A stretch of DNA of 64,000 bases, taken from positions 36,547-100,546 of the forward strand of contig NMRA01000282.1 in NCBI GenBank assembly GCA_002633005.1, given 5' to 3'. Source of the stretch: Phoronis australis. Taxonomy: Eukaryota; Animalia; Phoronida. Position 1 is the stretch's first letter, and every line of letters begins with the position of its first letter. Below, in pieces: positions 38,228 through 52,323 of this stretch. The notes under the pieces were generated by a model. It was not told the DNA's origin and searched no databases. It saw only the letters and a program-made list of their open reading frames with translations. A program made the position numbers and the translations under genes.

Positions 38228-40570
38228 CACACTAGCTGCTTCAGCAGCTCATGAAACTAAACTAGCGTGACCAGCTACGTAAGGAGTCTGAGTTCAAAGC
38301 AATGACTACCTACAGTACCTTCGTAATGCTGTTAGCCTTGCCGAAGCTTGAAAATCATCTCGTTTGTGAGTACCTAGATGAAATCGATTTTTAAGGGCAA
38401 GTGGCCTAAACAAAAAGTTGCTTATGGCAGAATGCGTGGGTTTATTGCACATTTAATAAGTGGTTAACTGATTATAGAATTCATCATACCGGAAGTGTTC
38501 GGTAAGGCTGTTGCAAGTGCCAGGAAAATCATTTTTACTGTTGTGGTGTCCTTTATCAGTATAAGCCTGTGCTTTGGAAAATAGAGGGCATGAGTGGAAA
38601 ATGCGACATGATGGATATGGAATGAGGACATACATGCTGTACTTAAGGTGCCGTTAGTTATGGTTATTTTGCTGAAAAGTCATAACAGCTATGTCCCGTT
38701 TCTCATAAAACCGGGGTTTTGTTGGCATTTGTTGACACAATTCATTTTTGAGACTCCTTCAATGACGTTGACAACGAAAGTAGACAATGAAAAGTAACTA
38801 TTATGTCTGTCTTTTTATTTTGCGCTAATGAAACTAGTGGTGTGCCAAATGAAGTAAAATGGTATAGAAGATTGTATCGTTAGGCAGCAAATTTATTCTC
38901 TAGAACACGTGGGTGGTAGAAAGATTCAATTGAAATTTCACTTCATCTATAGGCAACCTGATCGTTCTGTCAACCCGCCCTATTAAATAAAGTCAGGTGA
39001 CATCGAAATTTTAGTGCTTCTTGCAACACTACAGAAGTGACACAAACTGAAACCTCGATTTTGGTTGGTCACCACATAACCATGAACATTAAGTACAGAA
39101 TATCAGCGTTGGTAGAGACATCGATCCTCGTTCGCAGATTAATTTGTTGAACGTGGTTCTGAATTTTCAGCACTCTTTGGAATCACACTCGTGTCATCGG
39201 GCAGTAAACATTAGATGTCCATAACATTCCACGAATTTGATAAAGACTCCTTTTTTCTTGTGTAACACTGTTTTATTGTTATGCACTGTACCCCAATCGT
39301 ATTCATAAACAACTACCTGAACAAGGAAGTTAATGATAATGGCTCCGAAGTCCTTGCGCCAGAATTGAAACGGCTATAAATCTGTTTGCCAGACATCTTG
39401 ACGTTATAAAACGATCCCAGTTTGTTTCTACTGACTTACGTGAGAAGTGGTTTTTGAGCTTGTAAAATTGTCAGTTCGTTGTTGATTGAGGCCACAGTCG
39501 GCACTAAAGACTCGTTGTGAGATGTCAAATTGTGCCACCTGCTGTCAAGGAATGTATTACCAAGCCCACTAATTCAACTAAGGAACAATTTGAGGGTAAC
39601 GGCAATTGTGAAGTAAACCAAAAGTTAGGGTTTGTAGCCGTTTTAAATAATAGTAAACTCGTTTAGGGAAAGATGAGGCGTGACCGAATCTTCTAGTTCT
39701 TAGCAGTGAGCTATGGTATAGCTCATAGTTCTTAGTGAGCGCAGAATGCCCGACGATCCCGATTTGTTTGTAAACAAAGTTAATCAATAACATAATCACT
39801 GAAGACAAAATACACAATTGCACTTGTGGCGTGGTGGCTTTCGCATCCCACACTTTACAACTAGGCAGTTTTAATGACATTTATGTAAGCTAAAGCGCGA
39901 AATCGAACACAGTGGTTCCTTTAGAGCAGACGAACGTTCTTCTGTTGAGCCAAATTCCACTTGTTAAATAACAGAGTATTGAGCGTACTTTAATAGAAAT
40001 CAGACACCGGTCTTGATTTCAGCGAATGTCTGGCGGACAACGGCGAGGATTGGGAATTTGTAATATTTCACAAAAACGGGTTAGCTCGATATCGAACTCG
40101 AAACTTTTTGGCATATTCCCTTCTGCTTTTGCGCGAACTCGAGATAAATGTATTTTTGTTTGTGCTCAAGTACTTCATCGTTCATGCCTATGAGTTTTTA
40201 GTCCAAGTTCGCACTGTTCCCTAGATTCTAGCTACTAACTCAGTAAAAACTCGAAATTTCGAGTCCAGATTCGAAATTTTAGCCTTTAATGCCGAAGTCA
40301 TCAAATGCAAACTAGGACTAGGAAATTACCATGTAAGCCAATACGTACTCGACCATGCATAGTATAAAAGACACTTATCTTAAATTCGCACAAAAGTAGA
40401 ATGGACAATTCCAAAAATAATTTCGAGTTGCGTTTCGAATAAAACTCCGAGCCCATGAAAAAGATAAATTCTGGAAGTCTAATCACGCCCAACAACAATC
40501 GCTTAAATGGCGTTTTTGTTATTAAGGCGGTAATATTCCTTTAAACGTTTTAGATGACGACGTGTATTAA

Positions 40571-42364
40571 CTAGTGTTTAGTCATCTTCAGTTTAGCTTT
40601 CACAGAATTTTCTGGTTTTTCTACCTTAGGTAGCTCAAGTTCCAGAGATTTAGTCTTCTGACGCTTCCGTTTAACTCGTGGGCCTTTAGGACCACCCGGT
40701 AAATAATCATCGGGATTTATGTCACCAAATATCATTTTCATCTCAGATTTCTTGTTCTTCGTCTGTTCCTGCAGCGACGGCTGTAAACATTTCGGGCACT
40801 TACAATCGTTTGGCACATGTTCAAAATAGGAAAACACAAACGCCCTGGAAGTTCTCATGTCTAAATACTCAGGAAATTGTGGAAGATTTTTTGCTCTAGC
40901 GTCTGCAAGTGCTCTAATGTATGCTGTTCTGTAAATGTCACTACTCCAGTCAATTCCGTCCTCGAGTTCCCCCATTCCGTCACCTGCTTCGTGATTAATG
41001 TCGTCGTCTTCGTCGCTGTGTATCTCTTCGCCTGGTCTTGGCGACTTACCGACGTCTTCAACGTTAAGGTCTACATCGTAGTCGAATTTCCCGGAGCTGA
41101 TTTTTGTCTCTACACTCATTAGATAGGAATCCGGTGTTTGGAGCCTTCCGTCTATATTCACTAGTCTGTCAGATTCGCCATGGTCGCTACAATCGACTGA
41201 CAATTCGTTAGCAGACGCCTTCGAAGTTTTCCCCCTATTTCTGAGGTTAAAGTTTTTCTTAAGCATGTTATTCAAAGCAGTTTGTTTTTCAGAATTGTCA
41301 AACGTTACAGAGTTTGTCTTCGTCAGACGCTCAAGGGTTCTATTCATAACAGAATTTATGGCACTCTCTGTGTTGCTGTGGAGTCGAAGAGGTTTCCTGC
41401 ACTTCGGACAAAGCGGGATCTTATCCTTTGAGTATTTACTGCACGTGGTCTCGTGAAATAGTTCGTGTTTGCATTCAGAGCACTGGTTCGCAGGCGGCAA
41501 TTTTGGCGGTTTATATCCGCAAGTACACCATCTGGCGCTGTCTCTGGTGTCCAGACGGTCTACCAATATTGGTAAATTGGATGCTGCCCCGGATGTTCGT
41601 CGAGATGTATCTTGCCTGGAGTCAAGAAGGGATCGAATTTTATCATCCGGCAAAGGAGGCACTCCGTGTTGATATTCTAAATTTGCTCGGTAATTGTCAT
41701 AGTCGATTCTTTCTGGATTCTCGGAAATGTCTGGAATCGAAGAATAGAACGTCCTTGTACGCACTTTAAGTTTGGACGGGCTCGGTGGCAAGGATATGTC
41801 CCCGTGACTGGTAGAAATTGTAGGTACGCGAATTGTGTTAGAATTTTGCCTTGACGTGGTTACGATGGTTGGCAACCGTGGTGTGATCGAAGGCGACGTT
41901 GCTTCCGTGACTTTGCTCTTTGCAAGTGACGGGAATTTCAAAGGGAACTTAATGAGATCATTGGCTTCGGATGCATTCGTTTTTTCTCTGACAGTTCCAC
42001 TGCAGTCGCTCGCAATTGATTGGCCACGGCCTGAACTATTGCTCATGGCAACGGCCGGCAACATTCCCGTATTTGACTCGTTATGGAAACTACTGATTTC
42101 TGAATCATAACCGTTGTCGACATTGTCAGTGGAAAGAGCGTTGGGTTGAGAATTGTATTCCATTGTTCTTCTCGCTCTTCTTCTCTTTCGGTATTGCACT
42201 TCTCCAAAGTCTAACAATAAGTCGTCTCCTTTCTTTTTAGCGTATCGCAGTCCTTCGCGCATAAACGTTAGGGCTGGATTTTGGTGAGTACCTGCAGTAT
42301 CCAGTCGGCTGCACCAATGCCCAAGCGGAAATGAAGCGGCAACGGGAATGTCTTGCCGCTTTAT
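40571..42364 (-). CDS. Uncharacterised protein, large terminal exon (Cys/His cluster, mostly low-complexity)
   Basis: The 563-aa ORF extends upstream in frame to a ttgtag acceptor at 42365 (IKRQDIPVAAS...). Contains WCTC..CSEC.H...H...C...CPKC and TSRAFVFSYF. Confidence 0.85.
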   Translation of the reverse strand: MKRQDIPVAASFPLGHWCSRLDTAGTHQNPALTFMREGLRYAKKKGDDLLLDFGEVQYRKRRRARRTMEYNSQPNALSTDNVDNGYDSEISSFHNESNTGMLPAVAMSNSSGRGQSIASDCSGTVREKTNASEANDLIKFPLKFPSLAKSKVTEATSPSITPRLPTIVTTSRQNSNTIRVPTISTSHGDISLPPSPSKLKVRTRTFYSSIPDISENPERIDYDNYRANLEYQHGVPPLPDDKIRSLLDSRQDTSRRTSGAASNLPILVDRLDTRDSARWCTCGYKPPKLPPANQCSECKHELFHETTCSKYSKDKIPLCPKCRKPLRLHSNTESAINSVMNRTLERLTKTNSVTFDNSEKQTALNNMLKKNFNLRNRGKTSKASANELSVDCSDHGESDRLVNIDGRLQTPDSYLMSVETKISSGKFDYDVDLNVEDVGKSPRPGEEIHSDEDDDINHEAGDGMGELEDGIDWSSDIYRTAYIRALADARAKNLPQFPEYLDMRTSRAFVFSYFEHVPNDCKCPKCLQPSLQEQTKNKKSEMKMIFGDINPDDYLPGGPKGPRVKRKRQKTKSLELELPKVEKPENSVKAKLKMTKH

Positions 42365-42747
42365 CTACAAGTCGTAAAATGTGATACTGGTGAACATACG
42401 GTGACGTCAAGAGATACTATATTGTTTTATAGAAGGATTGTGTAAACATGGATAACAATAAATTCTGAATTTGCAAACAAAAAGATTATAATAACGACTG
42501 AGAAAATCTTATTTGAGTTATGGTTTGCATTCACGAGACGGCTAGGATAAGTCAACTATTTCAAGAATTTTAATCAAAATCTACCGAATGTTGATCCTAT
42601 TTTACTCAAATTATCGAAGGCTATTTCACAAGAACATTTTGCCAACAAGTTCCAAATTTAGTCATTAGGTCTGTCCATAAAGCTTCGTGTGAGTATTTTC
42701 AACGTCTTGATCCGTATCTCGTTCTGACTATCTCAGGTTCTACGTAC

Positions 42748-42846
42748 CGAATGGTGTGGAAGTCCCGTGCGCTCGCGATTCATCAGTGCCGCCACTCTTC
42801 GCTGTTGCTTTCGTAACGACAACAAGTTTAACGGCTCCGTCGCCAT
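42748..42846 (-). CDS. Probable first coding exon of the uncharacterised gene (MATEPLNLL...)
   Basis: aacATGG Kozak context; TCG|GTACGT phase-0 donor matches the 42364 acceptor; upstream acceptor at 42900. Confidence 0.65.
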
Positions 42847-43472
42847 GTTGATTGCGATAGGATACTTCCGGATGTCGGGAAGTTTTAGATATTTATGTCC
42901 TGAAATTAAGAAATACACAGCATTAATAATTGCGGCACTCAGCACAAATTTTGTCACATGAAAACCTGAAGTCTAACACAAATGCTATGTCGCTCACTTT
43001 TGCTTACTTCCTGAAAGCCCAAAACCACTGACTCAGCACAAAGGAGTCTGACGACCGTTGCATTTTGTCGAAAATAAAAACTAGAAAATAGTGTTACGTA
43101 TGAAAACAACTAAACTTGTGGAAATTGAAGTTATCATTTGAAGATACACTGCTAGTTTCATTTTAGAAATGATCACAAGTAACGCATTCTCAGTAGTTTC
43201 AAAAGGCAAGTGGAATAACAGAGCTGACACTTCTGTAAAAAGTAAACCTGTAAGATACATGGTCTTAGCTAGGGTCATTGCCATCGCTCTGAATGTTTTT
43301 TCTCGAGTGGTCTGTAGGTGGGTCTAGGGTTGCCCAGCGGTGCGACCCCCACCTTGGCAGCCGCAAAAATTAAAACGGCAAAATCGTGAGGAAATATTGA
43401 GTTTATTTATTAACCCCGGTAATTAACATTATACGGCTGAAACAAGATTTGACAATGTGAGGAGTTTTAGTT

Positions 43473-43502
43473 TGTGTGTGTGTGTGTGCGTGTGCGTGTG
43501 TG
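43473..43502. repeat. (TG)n microsatellite
   Basis: Directly visible. Confidence 0.9.
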
Positions 43503-46500
43503 AAGGGGGGGTAGGGCTCAGACCCGATTTCACCTGTTCCAATTCAGGCAACCGGCGCTATCGTAACGGTAACTATGGCTAAGTAATGCCTCTCCTGGTC
43601 GATATGCGCGTGATAGATATCCCAGGCGACCGGCAGTGGCGTTGCGCACTACCACTCCGTTTCCGTCGCCTACTCATGAAGAAATTACTTCATTTTTCAA
43701 AGAAAACGGAAGCTGAGTGACGATTAAGAAACAAAAAGTGCTTGTAAGATGTAAACTTTAATCGAAGCCTCAGTGAGTCACTCAGAAACTCATAATTCTC
43801 TTTGTCAAACATTAAAAAGACGATTTGCAAAACAACCGCGTGGTTATCATTAATGCCAATACAAAAAATGGATTTGGCCATTTAAGCAACTTAAGACTGT
43901 TTTAAATACAACAACTTTTGATACGAACTGGTTGGACAAAATGTAAAGCGTGTAATAAGCATTTCGGAAAGAAGCAGTTTCGCGCGCAAACGGAGGTAGG
44001 CCTATGTCTCTTAGCATGGTATTTTTGTCGGAAGCGTGGTGGCGCTGTGAAAGAGCACGCGCTCTGATCAATAGGTTGTGAGTTCGAGTCTATTCTAAAT
44101 ACGAATTTTGCATTTTTACTCATACTCTCAGTGTTTTTTTTTCTCTAATAATACTTCAGAAATCAAGGAAAATGCTTTTGTTTTTAGAGGAAAAACAACA
44201 TTTTCCTCTGCCTTGGGCGGGAGGGAAGCTTCCGACATCCCCACATTCGGCGCTATACACCTCTGCAATCGTACTTTGCGCAGTTGTTTACGAGACAAAA
44301 TGTTTGGCACCCCCCCCCCCNNNNGGCCCCCCCCCCCCCCCCTCATGATAACCTAAATCTGCCGCTTTGACAAGTAAAGTAAAGACATGCCACCAGTGTT
44401 CTAACCCACAGAACTTCTCGCAAAGCTTTTTGGAGCACCGGGTACATTTTCTAACGCGACTGGCGCTAGTTGATCTAACACATAATTCTCAGTACCTGCA
44501 GTAGTTCTTCGCTTGGCATAACACGGTGATATCCACAAATTCACATTAAGTTGTTTCTTCACAACACTAAAGCACACGTCTTATTATAAAATGCCTTCAT
44601 GTCTCGTTTTATCGCAAAGTTACGCCCGAGATCCTCTCAAAGTTCACAAGAGTATTTACTTGCCATTAAACTTTCGGATTTTAATTTACATCACGCCAAA
44701 TGTCCCTGATAAGATATACGCGCGTACATTCCTCATGCTCTCACGACACCCGGGATCCGTTCTTCAACGCAGGACACTGGCGAGTTTAAGCTAGCGTGAC
44801 CAAATGTTTCGCTTCTATTGCTCGGTTATATCTTGCGAGGACTTGCATGATATCTATTTTTTCGCAAGATTCTTACTCTACGGAACGTAGCCCAGGAGTG
44901 CGTTCAGTTAAGCTGTTATCTTGCAAGATCACGCAAGTTAGCGTCACTGATTGAATAGTTTTGGAATGCATTGTCTTCTCATCGAAAGTCGTCGAAACGT
45001 GGAGCAATTGTACGACAGGTTCCCATAGGTTTCATTACAAAATTTCTTATTTCATTCAAGGTTTTGCCATTACACCTACATAAACCAAAACCAAAATGAC
45101 CTCTATGAAAATCCGCATTTGTTTAAAACTGATGTAATGAATATTATTGAAACTGAAAAAATATAATTTTCCTTTTAGTACGGTGTAAATTGATTAGCGA
45201 AATGTGGTCTAACCATTAACTAGAACGTCTCTGATATTGGTGGCTAAACGGATGAGATACGTGCACCTGTTTCACGTGAAGGCAATTATCCGAACATTCT
45301 CGAGAAGCGAATAGTCTTTGTAATTATTTTCAAATTCAAACAGTTGAATCAGATTCTGATTTGCTTTTATTTGTAGAATTGTAACTTGCCGCCTGAACAC
45401 AACTTAAATCAATATAACCCCCATCTTTATTGACTGTGTATTTGACTGTTGCTAAGTCAATAGCACGTCACTGTAATTCAACTGAAAACAAATCCTGTTG
45501 AAGTAATGTTTTTGTTATCAGCGAAAGAAAAGTCAATCGAACACACCAGCTTATCTATATTACTCTTTTTGTTTTCGTGTCACCGTAAATTTGCCAATAA
45601 AACTTTGCATCATGGCGTAATTTACAGTTAGCCATTCAGTGCATTTTTTTCTCTTGCACTTCTTATCATTCATTATTGAGCGGCACTCTCATTGCAAATT
45701 AAACATTTTAAAATTTAAAGCAAGATTTCCTTCATAGTCACTACTTGAAATGCAAATTTCTTCGTTTTCAAGAACATAAAATCAGCCACAGATTGTTGTA
45801 TCGTGATAGGACATAATTTTCATACCGGAAAACGTATTTGTTTTTAGTACAAAAAGAGTGTCGCAAGCCGTCAAATTTTTCCAGGTGATCCAGTCCTAAC
45901 AAAACATGTCTGTTATGAATAGTAGGTGAACTCTCAATTTCAAACGTCAAGAAATATATCAAGCCGTTTTTAGAATTGTTACGTGATCTTCGCGCTTACG
46001 CCATGAAAAACAGGTTTAAGAACGTTGCCAATAGTTGCTGCGGACCGGCGTTTTGGCATTGGGTGGATGGTTGCGACTGAGATCAAACGGAGGCGACAAT
46101 GAACTAATATGACTATGCTCCACTTTCTCGGCATTCTGTATTAGATAATGTCAATTTTATATAAAGCGAATTCTGGATTCAAATGATAAAGAGACGGTGT
46201 GTGTTATTGTACCAGATCAGTGTGAACAGCCAATCCGTCCATCCCTCTCACTCGGTCTTCCTCGGAGTTGATGGTGTACGGGTTTACAAATCGTGAAATT
46301 TTCCTTAAAACGTTCGTTTAAAAATATACACATACAATTGTAGAACGGTGGTGTTTGCGAAAAATGGCAACCGACTGCTGGGGTTAACGGCCAATTAAAT
46401 GACATGGTGCTCACTACTGGTTGTATGCGACAATGCCCAGTAGCAGCACGTTGTGAGCTTAGCCAGAAACAGACATCTCGAAAATATATTCACCCAGTAT

Positions 46501-46574
46501 TTTTAGTTTTAATGGTCAAAACAAAATTTCCACAAACTTGCCTAGGCTAAACGTCGTGGACAAATAAAAATGAC

Positions 46575-46853
46575 CCCTGGGGTTTCATGAAAAGTAGCCT
46601 AGACTTAAGACAGAAATTTGGTCTAGCGCTCCACGTAGCTATTTCTGAAAATTATATTACACTGTATTTACAAAAGAATAAAGTATCTGAGAATATACCC
46701 ATAATTGTTAATTACTGAGAAAATGAATATAAGTTATTTCGCGACAGCGATGTAATAGTTACATGACTAAACCTAATTTTGAAATGGGAGTGTAAGGCCA
46801 ACGTATTGTCTGTCTAAAGTGTTGATTCATTTTTCATGAAACTGACCCCAGGG
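46575..46853. mobile_element. PIF/Harbinger-like MITE
   Basis: CCTGGGG(TCAG)TTTCATGAAAA ... TTTTCATGAAACTGACCCCAGG inverted ends. Confidence 0.55.
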
Positions 46854-49800
46854 CATATAATATTTTGAGCCACGGAGACCAGGGAAGCTTGCGTGATTTC
46901 CGTAAAACAATTATTTTCTAAATTTCGGAAGCAAATTATGCGCCGCGATATTATTTCACTAACTTTCGAAAAATAAATGTGAACGAGGATATGGGTTTGC
47001 CGAAATATGATTTACAACCTTTTATTTACAATGTACTCAAGTATAATGGCCTTATAGTGTTCCAGACACTTCATAAATCTTGATATAAAGCTTCAGTTAA
47101 AACACATATGTGAACTGTTTCAATGACGCAAAACTTGAGTCCACGATTATGTTTTCTTTCTCGTCAACAGTGCAAATTCACTTTTATTCCGAGAGACCAG
47201 GTTGATGTAACATTTGAACCGTTAAGTACAGCGCACTAAGTGATTGCGCATTGAGAGTTTTTTCTTTTCATTCCAAGATATTTTACCTCTACGACACTTC
47301 TTTGTGCAAATAAGTACGCATATGTAATCTCGTTCTTCTGTTCCTCTCGCCCGTGTTTGATAACGTATATTTATCCGAGTCCGTGTAAATATATCACGTA
47401 CCAAAACATGATCCTGGGATGAATTAAAAGCGGTCATAGGGATATTCAGGCAGAGCGAATGAGAGCAGATTGTTTCCAGATCCCAGCGAAAAACAATTTT
47501 TGGGGGAAAAGATTTAAAATTTTAGTACAAATTAATCTATCATTTGCCATTCCCCCACCTCAAGAACACGCGGAAGATTAATTCAGACGTGTGTGATGAA
47601 CTGAATGTATACAGATAATAAGGACGAAATGGTTGTCTTGTTTATCTTATTCCTGGATTACACAACTTATTGCTATTGTTGCAAGTGGTTTGTGTTACAC
47701 AATAATTCATCAAATTCAATTCCTGTCCACGTTTTCTGTGATATCATTGTAAATCAGCGAGTGTGTTGCGAGGGCACTCAATACCTCAGCGTAGATGGCG
47801 GTGCTTGTAACTCTCACTTTTTGCGTTCGTATTACTAAATTAAACTCAAAAAGGTCCCATCGGAATTAATAATACTACAATTCCTCAAAATACTCATTAC
47901 AATCAAGTCATAACACATGCTTTATGCCTGACAGGATAGTTTATCAGTTTATTTTTCCGACGCGTGCCTAATGAAAACAAGTCTCCGATTAAACCAAAAC
48001 ACGTCTCATCCGCTCAATACCCGTCATTCTGCGTCGACAAGTCAAGTTCGCTGAGGAAGCCATTCGTGTTTTTGTCTAAGTTTGTAGCCCGGGTAGTGAT
48101 TGAATTAAGACAGGAGGAAGTTAACGAATATCCCCAACGGAACACTCACCATCGTCCCCGGCATCGCCTGGCTTGACATCCTGTGTAGCAACCAGTCAAC
48201 TGTACGTACGACCAGGCAGGCTTGAATCCTTCCCATTTCCTTGCCAGGTGATCAACTCCGTTAATTAACAAGATGCGTCATAATTCCTCGCAACCAGAAG
48301 GTGATTCAAAACAAATAGATCCTCTCAAATATTCTCAAGTGATGAGAGAGAGCATTGTCCCTCCAGCCGGACGTGTTGTTGGTGATTTGGTAGACAGTTT
48401 CACTAGAAATCGGATTAGAGCATTACGCTGAGCAAACGAGGGGATAACTTGTTAGGTGAACAAAATCTTCGATCGATCATAGTTCTGTTATATGGATGCC
48501 GAGCTCTTCTATACCCGAGTGCTTCAAAAGGGGCCAGATTAAAAGCCAGTTTGCTGCTTAGTAGAATTATTGGAATTAAATGAGATGTGTTACAGCAAGA
48601 CGATTTCGGCCATCGCTATATCTGAAATGGAATCGTCCTAACAGGTGTATAGTTAGTCTTTTCACGTCATTCCACGCTTTAACAAAATGTCGCTTAAAGG
48701 ACTTTAATTGACCAAGCGTAATGCGAGCTCTGATGCATTGAAAATGTGTTGACTTAACTCGCTGAATTAATGTTTTCTTTTAACCAGTTCTCTTTTCTAT
48801 GCGTCATTAAAGAAGCCTGGTTGGTAAAATGAAATAGGTCATTCAACAGCGTTAAATTCGGTTTTATTGTACGGGAGGAAAATGATAGCACCTTTTGAAT
48901 ACTTGGTGATATGAACATGCAAACATGTGCTTTGTTTAGCACGCTTTTATTCCTGTGGTATCACGAAGGCTTTATTTGTTGATGTTATGCGTGCAAAAGA
49001 CAAAATTTGTCTTTTACAGTGGTTTATCCAGTAACAGCGCGCAAGACAAAAGAAAATAAAAACTAGCCTTTTTAGCATTGACAAAGGATCCGAGAGTTAC
49101 AACAAAGTGCTAAGGACTTGCATCTAAAATGTTTGCTGAAACATTATTTTCGCTCAACGGTACACCTGCTTCTAAGGATAAATAGTACGAGCTGCACAAG
49201 ACTGACGTTTCGATTTAATCGTAACACCATTTTCAGGAACGACGAATGTTTTCGCGCGTATTGCGTTATTCATCACCAAAACATGGTCAATGGATTAATT
49301 TCTGTAATTGGTGCAATTTAGGGATTCCAACCTGACAATGAATATGGCAGATATCTAATAAAACCAGTGGGCAACATCGGTAGGAAATATGCACCGTCAT
49401 TATTCGTCAGAACTGATGTCGAACTTGCATAAAACAAATTATACCGATTTCAAATAGAAGCAGAAATCACGTAACCGAGAGGTTACGTTTCTTGCTTGTT
49501 TTAATTAGTGTTTGATTAAGAGATAACAAATCAATAGTATGCGACATATTCGTAAATGAGTGATCGTTGCTGTTTATTGTTTCGCTTGTTCAAATATTTG
49601 ACGTAACTGATCGCTGTTTGTGTATTGACGCAACATTGTTCCTGAGGCATCGAGCGACATTTACCCAAGTTTGCCAAGACCGTTTTAAATGCATGCAAAC
49701 TGTCTAAATGTACCCTCGATCTAGCGATATGAAAGCTGTCGAAATCTACCCTCGATCTATGGCGATCAGTTTTCTTGGTTTACAAAAAATATATACATTA

Positions 49801-52323
49801 CCAAATGGGTCAGATAACCAATACTTGATTGAACTAGATACAAATTCCCTTTAAAAACGCAAATTGGATTTTCAGTGTCGATATTTGTGTCAGGGCAAAG
49901 TCCCGAAGTACATTTAAGGAGTAATTACTTGAATTTTACTCCATTTTAGTGAAACTATACCAAGAATGTGGTCTCACAATAATAAGTATTTCGGTATTGT
50001 TGTTCTTGTTTTATTTATTTTTCATCGTGGAGTCAACACCCATTTTACTGTATAATTTGTAGTGTCGTACTCTGTGTTCCCGGCCTCAGCTTTAGCGCTC
50101 ATGTCAGCAAGTCTGTCTCTCGAGCTCAACCGCGGATCAACCTTAGATCTAGAAAAAACCCGCATAAAATGACACGCCGTTACATGCAAACTTGTAGAGC
50201 CTGGTCGGTCTCGAGCAAGAACTGTCATTTCATTTCGACGCCCCTGAAACACCTCAAGATTGGCCAAGGAACAATTTGGGATCAGTTTCATGACGGAAAG
50301 TGTTCTCAACCAAAAGCTGACTTTTTTAATGGAAGGCGGTTTATAGTCGCATCACATTTGTTTTAACTAAGAACTGCTCCAAACGGCAGGACAAAGAAAA
50401 CCCCAAAGTTTGGAAACATGAAAAACTGTTCAACTTACCCTCCTTTGGTAGGCTAGAGACAGACGGTAAAAATGACTCCGTCGGATAATTGCAAAGTTTG
50501 GCATTAACTCGATTGCATACCCATTTGACGAGTTCACTCAATCTATTTTTTTTTCTGCTGAAGTTGAAGTATTCTCAAAACTCCACTCGGCAGGGCATAA
50601 ATGAGATTCTAAAGGGCAAATTGTTTGTACAGCGTGTCGTGGCATGACTATGCTTTAGAGTCGTCCATTGTGATCGGGTCCAGCAGTGTTATTTGAATAA
50701 ATGTTTCGTCTGCACTACGAATTCGCTATTTGTTCTGCGAGAAACACCAAGACACTTTGCATCAACCCAGGCCAGCGAAAAGGGCGCATACCGAGACCGC
50801 GCTAGTGCGCACGCCAAAGTGACATGGGGTCAGACCAAATTGTTCAAATTAAACGTCTTATTAAGCACGATATTTGAATTTGCTGTAAATCGCTATAATG
50901 AAGGTGATCACCAACTTATTCCAAATGGCAGCCAACACCACGAGCAAAATTGCTTATCGGTATAAAAGTGTCCGCAGACAGAGGAGTGAACCCACTCCCA
51001 CGACCGTAATTAAGCTGAGAGTCCTTCATGGGCAGCAGTCCATGCGGACATCAGGTTACTTTCGGTTCTCATTGAAAGCTCGGCAACCACTGACGACCGG
51101 GGTGTAGAGCAGTAAAAACATCTAGACAGACGGCCGCCGGGCACCGTATTGATGAGCAAAGATTTTAACAAGATGTCCTTGCAGTTGACGCTCTCCAACA
51201 GTTACAAATTACGAGATCGTTGTAGGAAATATGTAGCTGCTTCTGAGCTTCGTAAGAGATTAGTCATTTAGTGGGCATTAATTCTCAGTGCTATTTTTCT
51301 ACTTGCAGTTTGAAGTAGGGAATCATGGGTAATCGCACCAAAACGGGGTTTTTTAAAACTTCATATCCAGTTCGAGCACTGAGTAGCGTGCAGACGTTTG
51401 GTGATGCTCGAGGCGATCTTTATTGGATGACCCTCTTTCTACCTAATAATACGTAAAGTAAAAATGAAACATGAATACAATCTTTTATTCAATTTAACTA
51501 CAAATCAGCCACAATTTCAAAGTTTATTCAATGTGGTCCCTAAAGGTAGTGGCCCCAGGAAACACTGCCAACAAGACAAATGCCGTCAGCCTGACATGCG
51601 ACAATTTTTTTTCTCGAAAATTGTGGTTAGCCTCAACCCTTCAATGATTCCTCAGGTACGCAAGCGCAACTGAGAAAAAAATGTTGAGGCTATTTTTTAA
51701 AGTATTTAAAAGTACTAATTTCATATCGAAAACACCAAAACACAGCCCGGTCAGTAGATCAGCTGTGGAATTAAAGCTCCAGCAAATATAATCTGTCGAC
51801 ATATTAATTAGCTGATCTCCACTTATGAGCTTTTATTCGTCGATATATACTACGTAATCTGGACAGCCAATCACAGCATTAGTCATACTCCATTATGATT
51901 GGATGAAAAGTCGTCAGACATTGCTGCTCGTTTTCCGTGGTTATGGCATAAGCAAGAATAGCGAGGCGTTGCGTTTGTGGTGGTTGTGACAGCTCAGTAT
52001 TGCACGATGTGGTTCTTTTCACTTTCCCTAGAGGCATCATGGAAGCGCGGATATGATACAAGTTTAACTCGCGTGATGGCGTACCTGGCACACTGGCGCT
52101 GCAGCGCGAAACGTCATCTGACACCCGTTTTTCGATTTTGGGATATTGAATTCACGGTTGGGATGTGCAGTGCTATAATTGAAGGAAGGTTTAACGACAC
52201 TGAAAAAGTAGTCAATGGTCAAAACAAGGTAAATGGTGATTTTAAACATTTTAAAGCAATATTGTACCGAGCTGTGAATGAGAACTACCATACGATTTTG
52301 CAAAAAAGCCTCTCTTGANGCGC

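Noticed and set aside
43563-43595. Resemblance to the 28S rRNA GTAACTATG...AATGCC segment
   Set aside because: Too short and gapped; no flanking rRNA similarity.
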